This document shows, in pieces, positions 18,414-27,538 of a stretch of 64,000 nt of DNA. The DNA is from an uncultured Candidatus Rokubacteria bacterium (lineage in GTDB: Bacteria; Methylomirabilota; Methylomirabilia; Rokubacteriales; DASRDR01). The notes beneath the pieces were generated by a model. It made no database searches. It was not told where the DNA came from and saw only the letters and a program-made list of their open reading frames with translations. Each line of letters starts with the position of its first letter. Within the stretch, counting starts at the first letter, position 1. The position numbers were made by a program, and so were the translations under genes. The stretch lies in NCBI GenBank assembly GCA_963805625.1, contig CAWDVE010000010.1:1376001-1440000 (forward strand), in the 5' to 3' direction.

Positions 18414-20159
18414 TCACCCTCCCACGGAGCCGGATGCGCGCCGTCTGACCACCGTCTGAACGAGGAACATCCCACCCAGCAGCACGAACGAGACGACGAC
18501 GATCAGGGCCGCCACCGCATTCACGGTCGGCGACACGATCGTGCGCAGCATGCCCCACACGTAGAGTGGCAGCGTCTGCGTCGTGCTCGTGAGCAAGAAC
18601 GTGATGATGAACTCGTCGAGCGACAGCGTGAACGCAAAGATGCCCGCCGCGGCCAGCCCCGGCACCATCAGGGGCAGCGTCACAGACCGGAACGTCCGCA
18701 GCCGGTTGGCCCCGAGGTCCATGGCCGCCTCCTCGAGGGTGCGGTCGAATCCGTACTGCTGGGCCGCGATCACGAAAAACGTGTAGGGCAGCACGTACGT
18801 CGCGTGCCCGACGAGGATCGTGGCGAACGACAGGTCGATGTCCGCGGCCTTGAAGAGGAGCATGAGACCGAACCCCAGCATGATCGACGGAATGATGAGC
18901 GGCACGATCAGCGCCTGGCGGATCAGGCCCCGGCCGGGGAACCGGTACCGCACGATGGCGTACGCTCCCGGGGCCGCGATGACGACCGCCAGCGCCGCCG
19001 ACAGCACGGCGATCAGGAAGCTGTTCCACACCGAGGTCATGAGCCACGGGTCGTTGAGCGCCTCCTCGTACCACTGGAGCGAGTATCCGGGCGGCGGGAA
19101 CACCCCGCCCGCGGTCGAACTGAACGAGAACAGGATCAGGAACGCCACCGGCAGGAACAGGAAGGCGTAGATCAGCCCCGCGTACCCGCTCAGCGGTCCG
19201 AAGCGCCCGCGGCTGAGCCCGCCGCGACGGCCGGTCAGCTGGCCCACCCCGCCCGCGTACACGCGCTCGAGGTCGACCGACCGCCCGAACAGCGTGACCG
19301 CGATCAGCGCCACCGCCAGCACCACGAAGGAGACCGCCGACCCCAAAGCGAAGTCGAGCGAGTTCTTGAAGATCGTCACCTGGAGGTTACCGATCATCGT
19401 GGAATTCGCGCCCCCCAGCAAGGCCGGGGTCACGAACAGTCCGAGCGTCGGCACGAACACGAAGATGACGGCGGCCTGGACGCCGGCCAGGCTCAGCGGG
19501 AGCGTGACGCGCCGGAATGTCGTCCAGGGTCCCGCCCCCAGATCCATCGACGCCTCCTCAAGGGAGGTCCCGAGCTTCTCGAGTGAAGTGTAGATCGAGA
19601 GCACCGCGAACGGAAGATAGAGGTAGATCCCCGCGATCACGACGGCGGTCACGGTGTACAGGAGCTGAATGGGCTGGTCGATGACGCCGACCCGGCGGAG
19701 CACGGAGTTGATCACGCCGTTGCTCGCCAGGATGCTCATCCACGCGTAGGTGCGGACGAGGAAGCTCGTCCAGAACGGCACCATGACGAGCACGATCAGG
19801 AGCCCCTGCCACCGCTGCGTTCGACGGGCCAGGAAGTACGCGAATGGATAGGCGAGCGCGACGCAGCCCACCGTCACGAGCGCGGCGATCTCGAGCGTGC
19901 GCACCATGACGCGTGCGTACACCGGCTGGGTAAACACGGCCCAGTAGTTGCCGAGGTTCCACACGGGCTCGAGGTCGAAGTCATGGTATCGCCAGAAGCT
20001 GAATACCGCCATGGTGGCCATCGGGACCACGATGAACACGACGACCCACGCCATGAGCGGCAGCGCTGGGAGCATCGCCATCACCGGGTGGGGTCCGCTG
20101 CGCTGCCCGCTCCGCCGGAGGTCCTTCGCACCGTCTCGCCTGTCGCTCGTGCTGCCCAC
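18414..20159 (-). CDS. Fused PotB-PotC-like ABC permease
   Basis: Two TM modules in one frame, each with an EAA loop (LEEASMDLGA; LEEAAMDLGA); PFWTSFLVRTYAW. Confidence 0.88.
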   Translation of the reverse strand: MGSTSDRRDGAKDLRRSGQRSGPHPVMAMLPALPLMAWVVVFIVVPMATMAVFSFWRYHDFDLEPVWNLGNYWAVFTQPVYARVMVRTLEIAALVTVGCVALAYPFAYFLARRTQRWQGLLIVLVMVPFWTSFLVRTYAWMSILASNGVINSVLRRVGVIDQPIQLLYTVTAVVIAGIYLYLPFAVLSIYTSLEKLGTSLEEASMDLGAGPWTTFRRVTLPLSLAGVQAAVIFVFVPTLGLFVTPALLGGANSTMIGNLQVTIFKNSLDFALGSAVSFVVLAVALIAVTLFGRSVDLERVYAGGVGQLTGRRGGLSRGRFGPLSGYAGLIYAFLFLPVAFLILFSFSSTAGGVFPPPGYSLQWYEEALNDPWLMTSVWNSFLIAVLSAALAVVIAAPGAYAIVRYRFPGRGLIRQALIVPLIIPSIMLGFGLMLLFKAADIDLSFATILVGHATYVLPYTFFVIAAQQYGFDRTLEEAAMDLGANRLRTFRSVTLPLMVPGLAAAGIFAFTLSLDEFIITFLLTSTTQTLPLYVWGMLRTIVSPTVNAVAALIVVVSFVLLGGMFLVQTVVRRRASGSVGG

Positions 20160-20168
20160 GCCTCGTCC

Positions 20169-21305
20169 CTACTCGATCCGCTCGCCCCGGGCGGCGCCGA
20201 AGACGAGGCAGTCCGCCTCGTCCCACTCCACGGCGATCGGCCGGCCGATGCGATCCGCGCCGTTCCCGAACTGAGCCGTCGGGTCCTCGGCCTGCACCAG
20301 CCGGTCACCCGCCAGCCGAACGACCAGCGTCGCCCGGCTCCCCAGGTAGACGAAGTCCTCGAGCTGCCCCGGAAGCCCCCGGCCGGGCGGAGCGACCCGG
20401 ACCTTCTCGGGCCGGACCGCCACGAGCACCTGCTCGCCCAGCGGGGGCCGTCGCCGGAGCGTCTTCCCGAACCGCCAGCCGCCGTCGAGCTGGATGGTCG
20501 TGCTCCGATCAGCGTGCTCGCCGATCACGCCCGGCAAGAGATTGCTGACGCCGACGAAGTTCGCGACGAACGTCGTGCGGGGCTGCTCGTAGATCTCCCG
20601 CGGCGAGGCAAGCTGCACGATTCGGCCCGCATCCATCACCGCGATGCGGTCGGACATCGTCAGCGCCTCCTCCTGATCGTGCGTCACGTAGATGAACGTG
20701 ATGCCGACCTCGCGGTGTACTCGCTTGAGCTCGAGCTGCATCTCCTTCCGGAGCTTGAGGTCGAGAGCTCCCAAGGGCTCGTCCAGGAGCAGGATCGCCG
20801 GCTGGTTGACGAGGGCCCGCGCGAGAGCGACCCGTTGCTGCTGTCCGCCCGACAGCTCGTGGGGCCGCCGGCGGTCAAGGCCGCCCAGCCGCACCTGCTC
20901 GAGCGCCTGCCCGACGGTGCGCCGAATTTCGGCGGCGGGAAGTGCCTTGACCCGGAGCCCAAAGGCCACGTTGTCGAACACGGACAGGTGCGGAAAGAGC
21001 GCGTAGCTCTGGAAGACGGTGTTGACGTTCCGCCGGTACGGGGGCACGCCATCGACGCGTTCCCCCCGGATCGACACCGATCCAGCGGTCTGCGCCTCGA
21101 ACCCCGCCACGATCCTGAGGGTCGTGGTCTTGCCGCAGCCGCTCGGACCGAGGAGAGTGACGAACTCGCCGCGCTCGATGTCGAGGGATACCGCGGCGAG
21201 TGCCACGACCTCGCCGAACTGCTTGGTGACCTCGCGCAGCTGGAGGTCTGGAGTCGCTCCCTCGCGGGAGCCTTCCGGGGCCGTCGAAATGTCAGATCGC
21301 GCCAA
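20169..21305 (-). CDS. PotA-like ABC ATP-binding protein (TTG start inferred)
   Basis: GPSGCGKTT, LSGGQQQRVALARAL, LLLDEP, YVTHDQEEA, C-terminal TOBE-like region. Confidence 0.9.
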   Translation of the reverse strand: MARSDISTAPEGSREGATPDLQLREVTKQFGEVVALAAVSLDIERGEFVTLLGPSGCGKTTTLRIVAGFEAQTAGSVSIRGERVDGVPPYRRNVNTVFQSYALFPHLSVFDNVAFGLRVKALPAAEIRRTVGQALEQVRLGGLDRRRPHELSGGQQQRVALARALVNQPAILLLDEPLGALDLKLRKEMQLELKRVHREVGITFIYVTHDQEEALTMSDRIAVMDAGRIVQLASPREIYEQPRTTFVANFVGVSNLLPGVIGEHADRSTTIQLDGGWRFGKTLRRRPPLGEQVLVAVRPEKVRVAPPGRGLPGQLEDFVYLGSRATLVVRLAGDRLVQAEDPTAQFGNGADRIGRPIAVEWDEADCLVFGAARGERIE

Positions 21306-21365
21306 TACACCGCCGCGGCGGGACGCCCTGGGGAGCTGCGTCGTTGGGCCCCGGGCCGCGTCGCG

Positions 21366-21394
21366 ACTATACCGCCAGGCTCGCCGGGAGACAA
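21366..21394 (-). promoter_or_regulatory. Sigma70-type promoter of the ABC operon
   Basis: TTGTCT-17 bp-TATAGT on the minus strand, about 60 nt above the TTG at 21305. Confidence 0.6.
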
Positions 21395-21905
21395 GACAGT
21401 GCACTCCATCTACCACACTGGCCTGGCGTGTCGTCCCGCATCCTTCTTCTGTGATCAGCTCGCCGGTCGCGCGCGCCCTCCGGACCAGCCGTTCCTCAGG
21501 GCGCCGGATTGGAGGGCTTATCCTCGAGAGCCTCGGGACCTCCCGGACGGACGACGCCGGCCCCGACACTCTCGCGCGTGGTGGCCCGAGCACGGGGTCT
21601 GCCTACCCGTTCGGCTGCCGCCGGCGGGCACCCATCCGAACGTTATGCCTCCGAGGAAGCTCGGCTTCGTCATCCAGCCCCTCGAGCGCCACCACCCGGC
21701 CGCACGATCCTGGGTACGAACAGCGGCAATGCCAGGTGGACAACGTGTGCCGGACAAGAGTCCACGCCCGGCAGCGGGCGCCCGCCGATCCCGGCACCCC
21801 GAGTCTCGAGCACGACGCACGAGATTGCGACCACCGGGTCGCGAGTGAAGCGAAGACGGGGACTAACGACTGCGTCGAGACGGAGACAGCAACCGGTCCA
21901 TCTCG

Positions 21906-22541
21906 TCAGCCTTCGAGGTCTACGGGCGTCAGGACGACCGCTCCCGCCCGTAGAAGGACAGCGGGTCTCCGGGTGAGATCGAGCACCGTCGAGGCCGGTC
22001 CGCCGAGTGTCGGGCCGCCGTCCAGGACGAGCTCGACGCGGGTCCCGAGGCCCGCAACCACCTCGTCGGCCGTGCGCGGACTCAGGGCCCCGTGGGGGTT
22101 TGCGCTCGACGCCGTGACCGGCTCTCCGAGGGCCGCGACAAGCGCGCGGGCAACCGGGTGACCGGACAATCGGACGCCGATCGTCCCCGTGCCCGCCGTG
22201 AGCGCCGTGGGAAGGTCAGCGTGGGCGTGGAGCACGAGCGTCAGCGCTCCCGGCCAGTATCGCTCCATCAGCCGGTGCGCCCGGGCGGGCACCTCCCCGG
22301 CGACCCGGTCGACCATCGCGAGAGAGTCGACCAGTACGAGGAGGGGCTTGTCCGCGGGCCGCCCTTTCGCCTGGAAGACCTTGGCAACCGCCGCGGCGTC
22401 GAGCGCGCTGGCCCCGAGCCCGTAGAAGGTCTCCGTCGGGAAAGCGACGAGCCCCCCGCCGTGGAGGACACGGGCTGCCGTCTCGAGCACCGCCGGGTCC
22501 GGACGGCCCGCGTCGACGACGAGCCGCGCCGGGCGGCTCAC
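21906..22541 (-). CDS. tsaC: L-threonylcarbamoyladenylate synthase (YrdC/Sua5)
   Basis: VAFPTETFYGLG, KGRP.DKPL, WPGALT, TASSAN, STVLD. Confidence 0.93.
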   Translation of the reverse strand: MSRPARLVVDAGRPDPAVLETAARVLHGGGLVAFPTETFYGLGASALDAAAVAKVFQAKGRPADKPLLVLVDSLAMVDRVAGEVPARAHRLMERYWPGALTLVLHAHADLPTALTAGTGTIGVRLSGHPVARALVAALGEPVTASSANPHGALSPRTADEVVAGLGTRVELVLDGGPTLGGPASTVLDLTRRPAVLLRAGAVVLTPVDLEG

Positions 22542-23854
22542 GGAGATCCGCCGATCCTATTGAGATGCGGGCCGAAGTGCCGGAGGGCCCGATGACCGAT
22601 GTCGCGTCGGTAGTGCACGCCGTCGAAGCGGATCTCCCCCGCCGCCGCATAGGCGCCGGCCACCGCGGCCGCGATGTCGGCGCCGAGGGCCGTCACGCCC
22701 AGGACACGCCCACCCGCGGTCGTCAGCCGGCCGTCGCGCCACGCGGTGCCGGCGTGGAAGGCCGTGACACCGGGGTACGCCTCGGCTCGCTCGATTCCCT
22801 CGATCGGGAGGCCAGTCCGATACTCGCCCGGGTACCCGCCGGAGGCGAGCACCACGCACACGGCAGCCTCAGGTCGCCAGGCCACCGACGGCGGCAGCCC
22901 ACGACCCTCCGCCACGGCCTGGCAGAGCGGCAGGAGGTCGTCCACCAACCGGAGCATCAGCACCTGGCACTCCGGATCGCCGAACCGCACGTTGTACTCG
23001 AGGACGCGGAGGCCGGCTGCCGTCAGCATGACACCTGCGAAGAGGACGCCGCGGTACGGGCGGCCCTCAGCGGACATGGCGAGGATCGTCGGCTCGAGCA
23101 CGGTCCGGACGACCTCCTCCGAGAGGGCGGGGTCGAGCGCCGGAGCCGGCGAGTATGCTCCCATCCCCCCGGTGTTCGGGCCTCGGTCGCCGTCGAAGAC
23201 AGCCTTGTGGTCCTGGGCGGACGCGAGCGGGCACACGGTCCGCCCGTCGGTCAGCGCGAACACCGAGACCTCCTCGCCCTCGAGGTACTCCTCGACCACC
23301 AACCGCGCCCCGGCATCGCCGAACACCCTCCGCTCGAGCATGTCGCTGATGGCCCGGTCGGCCTCGGACGAGTCCGCGCACACGACCGCGCCTTTGCCGG
23401 CGGCGAGCCCGTCGGCCTTGACGACCGCCCGGCCGCCGAGCTCCTCGACGAACGCGCGCGCCGGGCCCGGCTCGTCGAAGATCCCGAAGCGGGCGGTCGG
23501 GATGCCGTGCCGGGCAAAGAGCGCCTTGGCAAAGGCCTTGGAGCTCTCCAGCGCTGCGGCGGCGCGCGAGGGGCCGAAGGCCAAACGACCACGCGCCTCG
23601 AGCGCGTCGACGAGCCCGAGGGCGAGCGGCCCTTCCGGCCCCACCACCGTCAGGTCGATCCGCTCCCGCTCCGCCAGGTCGACGATCGCGGCGATGTCGT
23701 CGGCGCGGACCGGAACGCACTCGGCGAGGCGTGCGATGCCCGGGTTGCCGGGCGCGGCGCAGAGCGACCCGAGTCGCGGGCTCTGCGCGAGCCTCCAGGC
23801 GAGCGCGTGCTCACGTCCCCCGCTCCCGACCAGAAGGATCCTCAGCCCGCTCAC
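22538..23854 (-). CDS. purD: Phosphoribosylamine--glycine ligase
   Basis: GSGGREHALAW, KADGLAAGKG, QDHK, GPNTGGMGAYSP, EYNVRFGDPE. Confidence 0.96.
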   Translation of the reverse strand: MSGLRILLVGSGGREHALAWRLAQSPRLGSLCAAPGNPGIARLAECVPVRADDIAAIVDLAERERIDLTVVGPEGPLALGLVDALEARGRLAFGPSRAAAALESSKAFAKALFARHGIPTARFGIFDEPGPARAFVEELGGRAVVKADGLAAGKGAVVCADSSEADRAISDMLERRVFGDAGARLVVEEYLEGEEVSVFALTDGRTVCPLASAQDHKAVFDGDRGPNTGGMGAYSPAPALDPALSEEVVRTVLEPTILAMSAEGRPYRGVLFAGVMLTAAGLRVLEYNVRFGDPECQVLMLRLVDDLLPLCQAVAEGRGLPPSVAWRPEAAVCVVLASGGYPGEYRTGLPIEGIERAEAYPGVTAFHAGTAWRDGRLTTAGGRVLGVTALGADIAAAVAGAYAAAGEIRFDGVHYRRDIGHRALRHFGPHLNRIGGSP

Positions 23855-24738
23855 GGTCCGGCGCCGCTCACCCACTCCCGGGCGATCGCGGCCCAGCGGC
23901 TGTCAGGGTCGAGCTCGATGTAGCGCGCCCAGTGCCGCCGCGCCGCCCGCCCATCCCCTGCCCGCTCGAGCGCGGAGGCGAGGTTGAAGTGAGCGTCGGC
24001 GTAGTCGGGGCGGATCTCGAGCGCGCGGCGGTACCAGAGGATCGCCTGCGGAAGGCTGCCCAGGTCATCGTGCAGCGACCCGAGGTTGTACGCGGCCTCG
24101 GCGAGCGTCGGATCCGCGACCAGCGCCACCTCGTAGTGCCGCCGCGCGTCCTCGTAGCGCCCCATCCGGTGCTGGAGGAGACCCAGGTTGTTCCAGGCTG
24201 CCCCGTGGTCCGGAGCCAGCGTCGTCACGCGCTGGTAGGCGTCCACCGCCTGGGTCCACTGGGCCGGATCGCCGTCCAGCTCCGACGCCAGCTCGAACCA
24301 ACGCTCCGCCTCGCTGCCGCTCGGCGGCGCAAGAGGCCGCACGAGCCCGCGGAGGGCGGAGACGCGCGCGTCCTCGGCAAGCCCCTTCTCCGAGAACTCC
24401 ATCACGATCTGGCCGGAGGGTTCGAGGAGCCGCGCGTCTCGCTCGATGAAGATTTCGCCGTCGCGGACCGTGACCCTGAGCTCGGCGAGTGGCGCCTCCG
24501 ACGCGAGCCCGAGCCGCCGGAGTGTGTCGAGCGCCCGACGGATCTGGCGGACGGTGGCGCCCTGGTCGAGGAGCGTCCGCGCGACGCGCAGCGCCACCAG
24601 GTCCCGGAACGTGTACCGATCGGCGTGGTCCGGCGCGTGGAGCAGCCCGAGTCGTCGAAGCTGCTCGGCTCGGCGGGGGTTCAGGGCCAGGAGCCGGACG
24701 ACGTCCCGCTCCGTGAAGACCCAGCCGGGCGCTGTCAA
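23851..24738 (-). CDS. MerR-like HTH plus TPR repeat protein
   Basis: N-terminal FTERDVVRLL...YTFRDLVALRVAR.LL (MerR-type winged helix); C-terminal TPRs (AAWNNLG, AAYNLG, ADAHFNLA). TTG overlaps the purH stop. Confidence 0.8.
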   Translation of the reverse strand: MTAPGWVFTERDVVRLLALNPRRAEQLRRLGLLHAPDHADRYTFRDLVALRVARTLLDQGATVRQIRRALDTLRRLGLASEAPLAELRVTVRDGEIFIERDARLLEPSGQIVMEFSEKGLAEDARVSALRGLVRPLAPPSGSEAERWFELASELDGDPAQWTQAVDAYQRVTTLAPDHGAAWNNLGLLQHRMGRYEDARRHYEVALVADPTLAEAAYNLGSLHDDLGSLPQAILWYRRALEIRPDYADAHFNLASALERAGDGRAARRHWARYIELDPDSRWAAIAREWVSGAGP

Positions 24739-26330
24739 TGCTTGAAGTGGCGGATCCCGGTCGTGACCATGGCCATGCCATGCTCGTCGGCCGCCACCAC
24801 GATCTCTTCGTCCCGGATCGAGCCCCCCGGATGGATCACGGCAGCGGCGCCCGCCTCCGCAACGATGTCGAGACCGTCCCGGAAGGGAAAGAACGCGTCC
24901 GAGGCCACGGCGGCGCCGCCGAGCTTGTGGCCGTGCTCGCGCGCCCGCATCACGGCGAGGCGCGCCGCGTCGACCCGGCTCATCTGCCCGGCACCCACGC
25001 CCAGCACCTGGTCCTCCGACGTCAGCACGATCGCGTTGGACTTGACGTGCTTGGCGACCTTCCAGGCGAAGCGAAGCGCGCGCCACTCGGCGGCTGTCGG
25101 CTCACGCCGGCTCACGACGCGGACAGCGACCGGATCGAGACCGACCAGGTCCGCCTCCTGGACCAGCAGTCCCCCGGGCACACTGCGAGCCTCGAGCGGC
25201 GCCGAGCCAGCAGGGGGCCGCCCGACCGGAACCTCCAGCACGCGGAGCTTCTTCTTGGTGCGTCTGAGCTCCTCGAGAGCGTCCGGCTCGAACGCCGGGG
25301 CGAACAGGATCTCGAGCAGGATGCCGGCCAGGGCCTCCACCAGCGCACGGTCCACGGGTCGGTTGACGCCGACGATCCCCCCGTAGATCGAGACGGGATC
25401 GGAGGCACGCGCTCGCTCGAAGGCCGCAGCCACGTCCGAGCCCACCGCCGCCCCGCAGGGGTTCGTGTGCTTGACGACGACGGCGGCAGGCTCGGCGAAC
25501 TCGAGGAGGAGACCCAGCGCCCCGGCGAGATCCAGGAGGTTGTTGTACGAGAGCTCGGGTCCGTGAAGCTGGCGGAGCGCGCCGAGACCGCCCGACCCGA
25601 GCGTCGGGCTCAGCGGGCGGTAGAAGGCCGCTCGCTGGTGCGGGTTCTCCCCGTAGCGGAGCGCGGTCACGCGCTCCGCGTCCAGATGGATCACCGGGGG
25701 GAAGCGGAGCGCGTCACCGGCGGCGGGAACCGCCGGACGCGCGGGGGATCGGAGCCAAGCAGCGATCGCCGCGTCGTACTGGGCCGTCCGCCGGAACCCC
25801 TCGAGCGCCAGTCGCCGGCGCGTGTCCGGCGACACCGTACCGCCCGACCGGCGCAATTCCTCCAGGACCGGCGCGTACTGAGCTGGGTCGACCAACACCA
25901 CGACCCCCTCATGGTTCTTCGCGGCAGCGCGAATCATCGCCGGACCGCCCACGTCGATCTGCTCGATGGCGTCCTCGTAGCCGACTCCGGGCTTCGCGAC
26001 GGTCGCCTCGAACGGGTAGAGATTCACGGCCACCAGATCGATCGGGGCGATGCCGTGGCGCGCAAGGGTCTCCTCGTGGGCCGCGAGGTCCCGGCGCGCG
26101 AGGATGCCCCCGTGGATCGCCGGGTGGAGCGTCTTCACCCGCCCGTCGAGCATCTCGGGGAACCCGGTCACGTCGGAGACCTCGCGGACGGCCAGCCCGG
26201 CCGCCGAGAGCGCCCGGGCCGTGCCCCCGGTCGACAGGAGCTCGACCCTCAGCTCGGCGAGGCCGCGGGCCAGGTCCACCAGTCCGGTCTTGTCGGAGAC
26301 GGAAAGGAGCGCGCGGCGAATCGGGCTCAC
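24735..26330 (-). CDS. purH: Bifunctional AICAR transformylase/IMP cyclohydrolase
   Basis: RALLSVSDKTG, GRVKTLHP, LRYGENPHQ, KHTNPCG, SDAFFPF, GIRHFKH. Confidence 0.97.
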   Translation of the reverse strand: MSPIRRALLSVSDKTGLVDLARGLAELRVELLSTGGTARALSAAGLAVREVSDVTGFPEMLDGRVKTLHPAIHGGILARRDLAAHEETLARHGIAPIDLVAVNLYPFEATVAKPGVGYEDAIEQIDVGGPAMIRAAAKNHEGVVVLVDPAQYAPVLEELRRSGGTVSPDTRRRLALEGFRRTAQYDAAIAAWLRSPARPAVPAAGDALRFPPVIHLDAERVTALRYGENPHQRAAFYRPLSPTLGSGGLGALRQLHGPELSYNNLLDLAGALGLLLEFAEPAAVVVKHTNPCGAAVGSDVAAAFERARASDPVSIYGGIVGVNRPVDRALVEALAGILLEILFAPAFEPDALEELRRTKKKLRVLEVPVGRPPAGSAPLEARSVPGGLLVQEADLVGLDPVAVRVVSRREPTAAEWRALRFAWKVAKHVKSNAIVLTSEDQVLGVGAGQMSRVDAARLAVMRAREHGHKLGGAAVASDAFFPFRDGLDIVAEAGAAAVIHPGGSIRDEEIVVAADEHGMAMVTTGIRHFKH

Positions 26331-26950
26331 ACGCCCGCCCTCACCGACACGCGGCGGCCAGCCACCTCGAGGCGGCCCTCGGCGTAGAGGCGAATCGCCT
26401 CCGGGTAGAGCCGATGCTCCTCGGCGAGGATCCGCGCGGCCAGGGTTACCTCCGTATCGTCATCGAGTACGGGAACGGCCGCCTGCAGGACGATTGGCCC
26501 CGTGTCCACGCCCTCGTCCACGAAGTGGACGGTCGCCCCCGCCACCTTGACGCCGTGCTGGAGGGCCTGGCGCTGGGCGTCGAGCCCGCGAAACGCCGGC
26601 AGCAGCGCGGGATGGACGTTCAGGATCCGGCTCCGGTAGCGCCGGACGAACTCGGCCGAGAGCACCCGCATGTAGCCCGCCAGGCACACCAGCTCGACCC
26701 CGGCCCCATCGAGGATAGCCGCGACCGCGCCGTCGAACGCCGAGCGGTCCGGGTAGGCGCGCGGATCGAGATCCACCGCCCGGATACCCGCCTGGCGCGC
26801 GCGCTCGAGCGCCGGCGCGTCCTTCCGGTCGCTCACGACGACGGCCACACGCGCCGGGCAGCGTCCGGCGTCGATCGCGTCGAGAATGGCCTGGAGGTTC
26901 GACCCTCGGCCCGAGGCGAGAACACCGAGGACGAGGGGGGCAACTCGCAT
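26327..26950 (-). CDS. purN: Phosphoribosylglycinamide formyltransferase
   Basis: LASGRGSNLQA, LAGYMR, NVHPALLP, GATVHFVDEGVDTGPI. Confidence 0.96.
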   Translation of the reverse strand: MRVAPLVLGVLASGRGSNLQAILDAIDAGRCPARVAVVVSDRKDAPALERARQAGIRAVDLDPRAYPDRSAFDGAVAAILDGAGVELVCLAGYMRVLSAEFVRRYRSRILNVHPALLPAFRGLDAQRQALQHGVKVAGATVHFVDEGVDTGPIVLQAAVPVLDDDTEVTLAARILAEEHRLYPEAIRLYAEGRLEVAGRRVSVRAGV

Positions 26951-27159
26951 CGCGCGCTCATTCTACCGCAGCCACTGCGTTGCCAGTGCCTACGGCCACC
27001 CGAGGATCGAGGCCCGTGGCGCACGGCGTCCCCTTGGAACGGGTCTGCCCCCTGCCCGGGTGAACCCCGCGGACTCTGGCGTAGGATGCGAGTCGGGGGA
27101 GCGATGGACTCTCCCGACGCAGCAGCCCTCCAGCTCCGAGACAGTGGGAAAACCCCACG

Positions 27160-27520
27160 AGGCTCGCCCGGCTCACGATCCTGGCCACCCTCGCCCTCAT
27201 CCTCCTCTCCGCGCCGCTCACCGTCGATGCGCGGCAAGCTGGGAAGGTCTACCGGATCGGATTCATCACGACCGCGGCGCCGACTGACGTGGGGCAGCTC
27301 ATCAGGGCGCTGGACGAGGGCCTGCGGGAGCTCGGATACGTGGAGGGACGGAACATCGTGTTCGATGGCGACTATCCCGATCCTCATGGCGGTGTCGAGA
27401 GATCACGTGGGAGCGGGGTTCGTCGCGAGCCTGGCCCGGCCTGGCGGCAACGTCACGGGGCTGTCCAACGATCCCGGCCTCGAGATACTCGGCAAGAATC
27501 TGGAACTCCTGCGGCGGCAC
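27160..27520 (+). pseudogene. Remnant of an ABC transporter substrate-binding protein (ABC_sub_bind type)
   Basis: Signal-like LATLALILLSAPLTVDARQAGKVYRIGF...GLRELGYVEGRNIVF, then after a frame change TIPILMA...GFVASLARPGGNVTGLS...GKNLELLR. Internal deletion and 3' truncation. Confidence 0.8.
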
Positions 27521-27538
27521 GCGGGGCGGGGCGCGCCT

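Noticed and set aside
21645-21705. MPPRKLGFVIQPLERHH resembles the N-terminus of GNAT-type TA toxins
   Set aside because: Similarity covers fewer than 20 residues and no antitoxin or rest of the domain is recognisable; it cannot be supported without a search.
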